From the human T2T-CHM13v2.0 reference genome, Homo sapiens: DNA of 64,000 nt. Location: the NCBI RefSeq assembly GCF_009914755.1, contig NC_060934.1. One strand, given 5' to 3'. Position 1 is the first letter of the stretch. Each line of letters opens with the position of its first letter. Below, one piece after another: positions 53,190 through 64,000 of the stretch. The notes beneath the pieces were generated by a model. It was not told where the DNA came from. It saw only the letters and a program-made list of their open reading frames with translations, and made no database searches. The translations under genes were made by a program, and so were the position numbers.

Positions 53190-53450
53190 AGTCTCTGCCG
53201 TCACAGAGCTGTTCTAGAGGCAGACAGACAATAATCAAAAAAATATATAATTAGGACAGTGGTGGAGTGCTATGAAAAAAATTCCAGTGCCAGGGTGAGG
53301 GGGCAGGCAGTGTCGGGTAGGAGCTGCTTTTTTATACGAGGAGGGCGGGGGAGGCCCCTCCAGCGATCTCAGACAGGAAGAAAGCGAGGGGCTGGCCAGG
53401 CTGAGAAATCTAGGGCAGAGGGTATCCAGGCAGGGGAGGGGCAAGTATGA
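53190..53450 (-). mobile_element. L2 LINE fragment
   Basis: cacagagctgttctagaggcagacagacaataa...agtgctatgaaaaa...tctagggcagagggtatccaggc. Confidence 0.55.
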
Positions 53451-55089
53451 GCAGACAGTGGTGTGGTCCTGCCCTCCAGGCTGGTCGCCTCTGCAGGAGC
53501 CCGTCAGACTTGACCAGCATTGCCAAGAGCTCAGCCGGGCAAGGCACAGAGCACAAGACTTGGCTGCCCTGATCTCCGCTGCCTGCGGGTCATGCAGCCC
53601 TCCGCCTCCCTCTGGGAAGTCCTCACCTCTGGGCTGGGCTCCTTGCATCCCCAGAGGTGCCTCCTCAGCACCTCCATCCCCAGTTGCCCTGGCTGCTAGG
53701 GTTGGACTGGCCACTCAGCTAGGGTACAAGTCTGCCAGGTGTGACTGAGAACCTTTGCCATTTGCTGTCTCCTGTGACTAAGACAGACACAAGCCAGACA
53801 GAGGCATGAGGCTCTTTCCTGTTGCCCGGCCCTTCTCCCAATTTCCCTCCCCCAACACACATACGCACACACACATACACACACACACACCCTGTGCCCT
53901 GGGTAGAGGCAGTGGCACAGCTGTGGGCGCTTTGCTTTTCTGCTCTTCCTGGTTCCACATCTAGAATTTTGTGACTTGGTGAGGGGGTGGTGCCAGAGAG
54001 CCAGTGCCGGCTCTGGTGGGAGAGGCAGCTTCATCCCCAGCCTCCTGGGGGCTGGCACCCTGGCAGGTCTTCATGCCCTGCCCCTTCGCTGGGATCTGCT
54101 GGCCTCACTCTTGTGCACCCCAGCAGTCGGTAGGAAGCATCACTGGACACTCACTGTAGACCTAAGCACAAGAGGTGGGGCTGAAGGCTAACTCCTTGCT
54201 TCTGATACGTGAGAGCTCCTTGGGGAGATGTCCACAAACGTGGTGGGTACTGCTGGACCTGGTGAGGGGAGGAGGGGAAATATGGTCCGGGTTGGTAGAG
54301 AGGAGGCAGTGTTTAGGGGCAGGGGCAGCTCCACGAGAGGACAGAGCCAAAGCGGGGTGAGGGAATGGTGGGGTCCGCCAGAGGAGTAAGTCATTCTTAA
54401 GTGTGTGTTTGGACTCTGCCTTATAAATGCTGGAAGCCACCAAAGGTCTTTGATTGTGCCAGGCATCTTAGGTGTTTGAGGGAGATTAGCTTGGGGAAAA
54501 TGTACATGAGAGATCGGGGTGGGGGCAGGAGAGGGTGTGCAGCAGGTAGGCCTGTACCCACATTGCTGGGGGCTGGGAAGGAAGGGTGCCGGAAGAAAGC
54601 CTGCATTCCCATGGCCCAGGCAGCCAGGCTGCTGTGAAGGGCTGGGAGGTAGAGGGAAGGGCTGACACCCTCAGACTCGGACCCTTCCAGCCTGTACTGA
54701 GAAGGGACCAAGCAGTTCCAAGGGTAAGGTGGTTTGGGGGAGCCCAGGCTCTTCCTAAAGGGCAACGTGGAGTCAGAGCCCGGGTGAAGGAGGAGCTCAG
54801 ATTGGGCCTCAGGTCACACCACTTCATCAGTTGCATGACCTGTGGACTCGGGGATACAGGGAGACACACAGCCATGGAAGTAGCTCTCTGCAGTGATCGG
54901 GGGAAAGGTGGCCACTTCTGAACAGCCTGTCACCATGCAGGGCACACTGTTGTGCACTGGGCACTGAGACAGGCCTGGGGGGTCCAGTACCGACTCGGAT
55001 GGGGGTTACCTTGGACTGACTGGGAGCTGCGGTCACTTGGTGGGGTGATGGGCATGGCCTGTCTTGAGTCTGTGCCTGCCAGGCCCTGA

Positions 55090-55266
<177 letters not shown>

Positions 55267-56278
55267 TAGGCGGGAGTGTCCCTTGACCCCTGGAGCCATA
55301 CCAGCCCTCTTCACCCTCACAGGCCTTGCCCTGCTGGAAAGACCAGCTTCCAGGGCACACCCAGCTGTGGACACGTCTCCACCCCTGGCAGGCTCTGCAC
55401 CCGCCTCAGGAGGGCAGCCTCTATGGACTGTCCCCATCCTAAGGCCTTTCTGGAGGAATGGCATTCATCTGACAGACAGCAAGGGGTTCTTCCCTAGCCC
55501 ATTTGCTCTGGTAAACAGGAGAACTTCCTCTGTGTTACTGGCTTCAGGGCTCCAAGGTCTGAGGTCTCTGACCCTGGATGTATGGCCTGAGTTGGATTTC
55601 ATCAAAATATTGTGCCTTGGACTTCTGACAACTCCCTACTCCCCATTGCCCTAGTCAGACCCACCTCCCTCTCATTCCTTCCTCTCTCTTCCACTCCTCC
55701 TCTGCCCAGTCAGGGAGTCTCCCACCTGTCTGACCTCTGCCAGCCTTTTCTGTGGCTACATGGAAGGCTCAGGGCTGCTTGTCACCCTGGAGGGAGCCAC
55801 TGGGCTGACCGGTTGTCGCCTGCTCCTGCTGCCCTCCAGAGCTAGCAGGGTGGGTTCCTCTTGGCCCTCACAGAGCAGCAGCCAGGGGCCTTGGGGCCCC
55901 TGTGTGACAAGACGCTGGCATCCAGGCTCGTTTGTGGGGCAGTAGGCTTCATGGCCAGGGCTCTCCCCACGGGTACCTGGTACAAGAGCAGCCTCTTCTC
56001 CCTTCACTGGGCTGCGCAGCCCCTGGGGACCGCTTGAACTGGCTTTGTGGGGCTTGGTCATACCCTCAGCTTGTTCCATCACAAGGCTGACGTTCTCATC
56101 CCCCACGCCACCTGCCGCCCAGGCCCGCTCCTTATCACCGGTACACTCAGAATAGTTCATCCACCCTCCATTTTTTTCCTCCTCCCTGTTGTCCTGCCTC
56201 CACTTTGTTCTTTCTCCCTTTCCCCTCTTCATTTATCCCTCTTCCTCTCCACACTGCCTCGGGTAGCACCTTAGGTGA

Positions 56279-56518
<240 letters not shown>

Positions 56519-57498
56519 TGAGCAGGGCTGACCTGTGGCAGAAGCCATGGACGCCACCCCTCTTCCTCCTTCCAGTGGGGAGGGACCCACTTAAATCCCA
56601 GCTCCACGCTTTCTGCCCTGAGAAGTTATCCTCTGTTGTTACATGAGTTGAAGGGGCTCAGTCATCCCTGGCTCCCAGGGCTGGCCTGCAGATAAGGCGC
56701 TGCAGCAGTTGGCCTGTGTTCTGACAGTCGTCAGACTCGTAGAAATAGAGAGGTGACATTCTTACTCCTCAAAACCTCAAAACAACCCTTCTCTAAATTT
56801 TGTCTTTAATGAATAGGAAAATATTGAGAAAATCTGGATTGGGAAAGTCGAAGAGCAGGTATAGATGGGGTCCAGTTGCCCAAAGACAGTGAAGCAGTCT
56901 GGGAATATCTGCTCTGCCTTGCTGATTGGTGAAAGCAGAACTATGCAGAGACTGCGAGTCCCTTGGCTGGGAAGAAAAGGGCAGGGACTCCCAGGATATG
57001 GAGCTCTGGGGAGTGGTGTGAGGCGAGCAGAGGTGCCCATTCTCCTCTTTCCACCCCGCCCTGCCTAAGACCCCCACCTTGGCCTCAGCCCTCACCAGCC
57101 CTGGCTGGGTTTCTGGCCTGGGGTTGGCACAGCTATATGACCTGGTGGTTAAACACAGGGATCAGAAACACCTGCAGCTGCAGCCGCAGCTCCGCCATCA
57201 ATGCTGCAGGGCCTTGGGCAAGTTGCTCAGGTTCTCTGAGACTCAGTGTCCTTCAGAAGATGGGCTCACCAGGGCCCCGACAGCATGCAGTGAGGGTGCA
57301 GGCACCCCCAAGGGCTCCAGGAGCACAGCAGCCTGGTCGTTGCCAAGTGGCACAAATGAATGGCTGCCAATCCCAAGAGGCCCCGTCCCCTCTAGGTTCT
57401 GGGTACAGCTCCATCATCTCCCTTCCAGCCCACAGCTTGCCCTCAGTTCCCCTCAGATGCAGGCAGTACCTAACTCTTCCACCCTTCTCCCCCTGCAG

Positions 57499-57697
57499 TT
57501 ACCCTGGGGGTCCTAACGCCCCCGCAGGCATGGGCATCCCTCCGCACACCAGGCCGCCTGCTGACTTCACTCAGCCCGCGGCAGCCGCTGCAGCAGCGGC
57601 AGTGGCAGCAGCAGCAGCCACAGCTACAGCCACAGCCACGGCCACTGTGGCAGCCCTGCAGGAGACACAGAACAAGGATATAAACCAGTATGGACCG
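57499..57697 (+). CDS. ZMIZ1: ZMIZ1 coding exon (199 nt, phase 2 to 0) with the alanine-rich motif: (S)[12 protein letters not shown]...[40 protein letters not shown]
   Basis: Acceptor ctccccctgcag|T, donor CCG|gtaagg. Confidence 0.95.
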
Positions 57698-58544
57698 GTA
57701 AGGGTTCCCACTAATCCTGGTCCAGCCTTGCCCAGCCAGCCAGGCAGACAGCCCTGGGAAACCAGAGTTGGGATGTCAGTGCTTATGGGGCCATGTGTGC
57801 TGGGAGAGCTGACTGCATTAGGGTGCATTTGGGCTTTCATGGAAGCATGTGGAGGTCTGTGTGTTTAGAATGGCGCATGTCTAGAATGGGGCGTGTCAGT
57901 GTGCTTGGGTGTGGTGGGGTGTATGGGTGCTGGTGTTTGTTCTGTGTGTTGGTGGCTCATGTACAACTGCATATGGGGAAAAGGTTCTACATGGCTCTCT
58001 GGGCCCCCAACTCACCAAGGAGTGGGCTCAATGTCTAAAAATAGTCTTGTGACCGGTCTGTCTCCTGGATTGCCTCTGAGACCAGTGCCCTCCTAGTCAC
58101 CCTATCTGTGGGTCTGCGCAGGCCCCAGTGCTGCTCCCTGACCTTCTGAAGGATGGGTTAGGGGATGAGGAGAGGGGAGCCCCCATAGGAATGCAGAACA
58201 GGAGGTGAGGAGGTGGGAACTGCAGGGCAGAGGGGCAGAAGTGGAAGCTGGGCTGAGGCCAACTTTGGGGATGGAGGGTGTGCCTCCACTGGCCCAGGAC
58301 CAAGGGCAGGGCCAGGGCTTCCAGGAAAGGGGCTGCAGTCTCACTCGGGCTCCTGCCTCCACCCTCATCTACCTCCACCCTCCCATACCCCTCCCTGTCC
58401 CTGCACACTTTCCTGGTTTTCTGCCTGCCTCCCTCCCTGGAAATGCTGCCTGTGCATCGGAGTGACCACCTCACCCCACCCCACCCCATCCCCTAACACC
58501 CCTGAGCTGCATCTCTCCTGTGCGGCTGCAGAGGGCAGCAGTGA

Positions 58545-59123
<579 letters not shown>

Positions 59124-59411
59124 TAGGGGTCAGGTGCTCCTGGGTTTGAGACCTGGTTCTGCTGTTTCCCAACTGAAAGACCTCGAGCCAGTCACCCTGC
59201 CTCCTAGGGCTGCTTGAGGGACTTGAGGAGGTGTCCGTGAAGTGCTTGGCCCTGGGCTGGCATGTGCCGCCACTCAGCAAGCAGCAGTTCCTCTTACTGT
59301 AGTGACTCTTGTCTTGGCTCAGCCACTAACTGGGTGACCTGGGTTTAGTTCCTCCTGCCCACATGAGAGCTTCCCCAACTCCTCTCCAAGAAAGAGAGCT
59401 GAGACAAAATG

Positions 59412-59638
59412 CTTCCAGTCTATAAGGGCTGACCCGTCCGGGAAGTGACTGGAAGGCAGGCAGCGTGTTTCCAGTCTGTAAGGATTGACCTGTTGGGGAA
59501 GTGACTGGAAGGCAGAGAGCGTGTTTCCAATCTATAAGGACTGACCCGTTGGGGAAGTGACTGGAAGGCCGGCAGCTGTTTCCAGTCTATAAGGACTGAC
59601 CCGTCAGGGAAGTGACTGGAAGGCAGACAGCGTGTTTC
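59412..59638 (+). repeat. Minisatellite, 4 copies of a 55-56-bp unit (TTCCAGTCTATAAGGACTGACCCGTTGGGGAAGTGACTGGAAGGCAGACAGCGTGT)
   Basis: CCA(G/A)TC recurs at 59415, 59471, 59527 and 59582. Confidence 0.95.
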
Positions 59639-61811
59639 TTAGCTCTTGTTTCCATCCACACTTGGTCACTGTATAGGAAGTGGCACTGCCTCTTGGGCTG
59701 CACAGCCAGCTCAGCCAAGGTGTTGGGGAAGATTTGGGGAAGTAAAACCCACACCTCCTGCCCTCTGGGAAGTGAGGTTTTAGCAGGAAAGAAAAGTTTT
59801 TAGCAGAGACTCACCAGGGAATGAAGCATAGCAGACTGCACAGAACTCAATATGAGTCAGAGAAGGCAGGCTTCCTGGAGGGTGTGTCACAAGTAAATCC
59901 TCAGAAAATGATGCTGGCAGCAGCTGGCCCATCTGGGTACCCAGGTAAGGATTTAGTTTACCTGCAGAAGACGTAGGGACGTGGCTCTGCAGATGCCCCT
60001 CGTGAAGCCCTGGTTGCTCCCCACGACCAAGCCCCTTTTTGAGCAGGGTGTGCCCAGCTCTCTGCCTGCCTCCCTCCCAGCTTGCATGCCCACTCTCAGA
60101 GCAGTTTTCTCCTCCTAGCTCCTCTCAGCTCTGTGGCCTTCACCTTGGGTTCACAGCGGCTTTAGATTCCAAAGACCTTAAGTTCCTTGAAGATCTGCAC
60201 ATTTCCCCTCAGTATCCACCTTAGGATGGGCGGGGAGGCTTGGCAACAAGTGGAGGTATTCTGAGTTCAGGAGGGGAGAGAGAGGGGGGGGGGTCAGGGG
60301 CTTCCTCATGCATCCAAGAAGCTGGATCAAGCCCCAACCCTCCACCTGGTGGACACTAGTTCAGGGAGGGGCCAGAGAAGGACCATTGGCTCCTGGGTCC
60401 TGAGTTTGGGGGAGCCTCAAGCTATTGGCACCTCTCCTGGCACTCAGGCCCCATGCAGTTTCTAGGCCTTTTCTCAGCCACCCTGTGCTCAAAATCCCAG
60501 TGTCCCACTGGCTGTGCTGGGGGTGCATCTGTTAGCCCACGCCAAAGGAGGCAATCTCGGATGAGGCTTCAGCAGAATTCCTGGTCATTGGTGTCACCCC
60601 TGCACCTGCACCTGTGCCATGCTTATGGCTCTTGCCTGCCTAAAGAGAGCACACCAAAGGCTCTCCATATTTTTACTAAATTAATCATCCTTTTCATAGA
60701 GTGCTGCTGCTACCCAGCTACAGCACTGGGTGGTCACAGCCTATGCGGCCTGATCCTGTCTGGAAGACTGGCCTTCCTTCCCCTTGCCATGGCTTGTTCA
60801 TACAATATTTGAATTGTTGGAGCCTTAGGACAGGGGTTGGGTCATCTGGTCCCACAGAGGACTCTCTTCTCTAGCTTGGTGGGCAGGTAGGCACCAGCTA
60901 CGTCTTCTATACCTCCTGTGGTGGGTGCCTCACTGTCACCCAGAGCAGCCACCATGTTGCAACAACGTGAGTTGTAGATTCTTCCACACTGACACTTTCT
61001 GACATTTATCCCTAAGTCCATCATTCGTTTGTTGAGCAAGTATTAAGGGTATTTTCCCAGGCACTGGGGCACAGCCACCAACAGGACCTCTGGGCAAGAG
61101 AGACACTCAGATGGGGAAGAAGAAACCACTGACTCACAGGATGTCATGTGGCCGTGAGGGTCACCTGATTTTCCAGACAGGGAAGGTGGCTGGAGGGTGG
61201 TGCTCTCTCCTCTTCTCTAAATTGTCTGTCCCGGGAGAAGTTGTCTTGTTCCTTCACCAACCTGGCTCTCCCACCTCCTGCACAGGTGGCAGGTTGTCGA
61301 TGGCCCAGAACTGAACACTAGGTGTGTGTTCTGCTCTGAGGGGAGTACGAGGACAATGCCACCCAAGTTCAGCCTTGGAATGCAGGGGCACAGGGGGCTC
61401 CTTTCTGGAATTGCATCCTGTTGACTGTGTTCCTCTGTCACATTGGGGTACACATTGGGGAGCACAGCCCTAACCCAGGCACCAGGAGAGACACAAAGGT
61501 CGGGGGAGTTAGAATCAGGCCCCTCATAATGGTGTGAGCAAGAGGCTCTGAAAGTGTCCCTGGAGTTCAGGGGCACATGTGCTCCAGGAAGAACGGCCTC
61601 AAGGGGAGGTGGCCTATGATCTGGACAGGCAGAACAAAATGCCCCTGGATGTCAGGACGAGAAGGGGCCCAAAGCATTATCTGGTTTTGTGGGTGGGAAA
61701 CAGCAGGAGCAAATGAGGAGAGGCGGGCCCCATCCCGTTGTTCAGGTGACCTGGCTATGTGACGTTGGCAACATTGAACGTGTTTCCCCTCTCCTTTCTC
61801 TCCCACCACAG

Positions 61812-61994
61812 CCCAACTATGGAAACCAGCAATATGGACCAAACAGCCAGTTCCCCACCCAGCCAGGCCAGTACCCAGCCCCCAACCCCCCGAGGCCACT
61901 CACCTCCCCCAACTACCCAGGACAGAGGATGCCCAGCCAGCCGAGCTCCGGGCAGTACCCGCCCCCCACGGTCAACATGGGGCAGTATTACAAG
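61812..61994 (+). CDS. ZMIZ1: ZMIZ1 coding exon (183 nt, phase 0-0): [21 protein letters not shown]...VNMGQYYK
   Basis: Acceptor tcccaccacag|CCC, donor AAG|gtgagt. Confidence 0.95.
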
Positions 61995-62209
61995 GTGAGT
62001 CCCAGCCTCGCCACCACCCACGGGGCCCCTTCCCTCCTAACCACCTCACTCCCCTAACTCCACCGGGATCACTCTGACCCTGCGTGTGTTTGCCCCAAGG
62101 ACAGCGAGGGGTGGGTGATTTCTGAACGTCCCCATGTGTTCAGGGCGAAGTTCGGTGGCCAGAATGTCAGAGTGGCTTTTCTCAGTTCCTATTCTCATTC
62201 GTCTCGGAT

Positions 62210-62760
62210 GATGGTTTTTTTTTCTCCTTTTCTTATTCACGGCACTCACAAAATAATAAAGGAAATATATTTTATTAAAAAAACACACATCCCCTGTATA
62301 TATTAACATTTCATTCTAAACTTTGTATGTGCAGGTGGGCACTAACATGTTATAAAATTGTTATTACAGCTGTAACTTTGAATCTGTACCTTTTACTTAA
62401 CATGACATAATAAGGATGATACTTACTGCTACTAGAGCCCCTGGGGTTTTTACTTTTAATGGCTGCCTAATATTCTGCTGAGATCACCATATCATATTTT
62501 ATTATTCCTTCTGTTAGGTATTTGGGTTGCTTCTGATTTTTCACTTTAGAAATAACACTATGATGAGTATCTTCAGGCATATAGCCTTTCCTTTCCTTAG
62601 GATTATTTTCTTGGGAGTAAAGAAGACACTTTATTATTTTACATTTATTTGCCAAAAATCATGCTAATTTATTATGGCCATCTACCAAACAGGTTTACCG
62701 TTTTTGCTCCAACTTCAGCATACTAGGTGTTGCTATTTTTGTAACTTCTGCTAAATTAAT
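62210..62760 (-). mobile_element. Ancient L1 (L1ME/L1MC-like) fragment
   Basis: AT-rich block with ggtatttgggttgcttctgatttttcac...aataacactatgatgagtatct...ccttaggattatttt, typical of reverse L1M 3' ends. Confidence 0.6.
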
Positions 62761-62953
62761 AGCTAGGGACAGAGAGAGGCAAAATGCCGTCCCTGAGGTG
62801 TAGCTGTCCCGCCCTGCTCACTCAATATACCCAGCAGTGGATGGGCCCCTGTAGCATCCCCGTGCTCCTGGTAGATTTTACTGTCCAGAGGGAGAGCGGG
62901 CTTCTGATGGCTTTTCTGCCCCCCACTCAGTGTTGTTTATCTTGTTTTAATAG

Positions 62954-63058
<105 letters not shown>

Positions 63059-63710
63059 TAAGCCACAGGGAGTTGTTGCCTCTAAAGGTTCTCACTGTTC
63101 CTGCTCCAGCCTCTCTGGACATTCAAAGGGGCCCATGGGTGGGGGTGCACTCCCTGGTCCCCTGTCCTGGGGACAGAGATGCTCAGGACTGAGAATCCAC
63201 GGCTCCAGGTGGGGTGAGCCCCAGGGTAAAGTGTCAGCCTGGCTAGTCTTGAAAACAAGGAGAGGGAGAGGGGTTCCTGGGGAACCTGGGCCCCAGATTC
63301 TGCAGGCCCCGACTCCACCTGGGGACCCTGATGGGGTAGGCATAGAGGGTGTGGCCTTGAGTCGTGATGTGGGAAGCCCACCTGCTCGGGTGACAGGAGG
63401 CCTGGGCTTCATTCCCGCTGTCCTGTCCTCCAAGGGTTGTGCTGAGCAAGTCCCCAACCCTGAGCCTCTGTGTCCCCATTTATCACAGGGATGGGTAAGG
63501 GTCTCCACAGGCACCTGACACAGGAGCTCAGTGGTGAGACCCAGATGAAGGGTGGGGAGGCCCTTCCCAGGGCTGTCTTCTGAGCAGGACAGAGATCTGC
63601 GAGAGAGAAGAGTTTCCCTGGAGGAGGCTCTCCTCCCGAGGGGCATGGCTCCAGGCCCCTGGGATGAGTGCGGTGTATGTCCATAGCCATGGCCCCTTCT
63701 GTCTCCGTAA

Positions 63711-63998
<288 letters not shown>

Positions 63999-64000
63999 GC

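Noticed and set aside
56963-57868. 301-aa ORF as a stand-alone gene
   Set aside because: Only 57499-57697 is the ZMIZ1 exon; the flanks are intronic read-through
59412-59638. CRISPR-like appearance (palindromic repeats at regular spacing)
   Set aside because: The sequences between the arms are near-identical rather than unique spacers; no cas genes; mammalian intron
60339-60356. CTCF-like motif CCTCCACCTGGTGGACA
   Set aside because: Mismatch at an informative position; cannot be called without ChIP data

Overview
Mammalian genomic DNA, almost certainly human or great ape (Alu and SVA elements present). It lies inside the ZMIZ1 gene (zinc finger MIZ-type containing 1, a PIAS-like coactivator; human 10q22.3) on the + strand. 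The first ~42.5 kb is the 3' part of one very large intron. That intron contains an intragenic CpG island (~7.6-9.35 kb) that looks like an internal promoter with its own splice donors, several AT-rich enhancer-like blocks and many interspersed repeats. Eight GT-AG coding exons (42522-63921) splice in phase and encode roughly residues 94-556 of ZMIZ1; numbering is from my recollection of the 1067-aa human protein. These cover the end of the N-terminal TPR domain, the Ala-rich motif and the Pro/Gln/Met-rich disordered region. Nearly all ORF-track ORFs are chance products of GC-rich DNA. The best leads are: (i) an internal promoter predicted to make a TPR-less ZMIZ1, carrying a perfect RBPJ site; (ii) an upstream poison acceptor predicted to make a TPR-only or NMD transcript; (iii) an 18-nt tandem acceptor (VCSSFQ) next to an RBFOX motif; (iv) a four-layer nested hAT>AluJ>AluJ>SVA insertion that also creates a tight inverted Alu hairpin; and (v) a 56-bp minisatellite with palindromic arms and ETS motifs. 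None of these could be tested against databases here.
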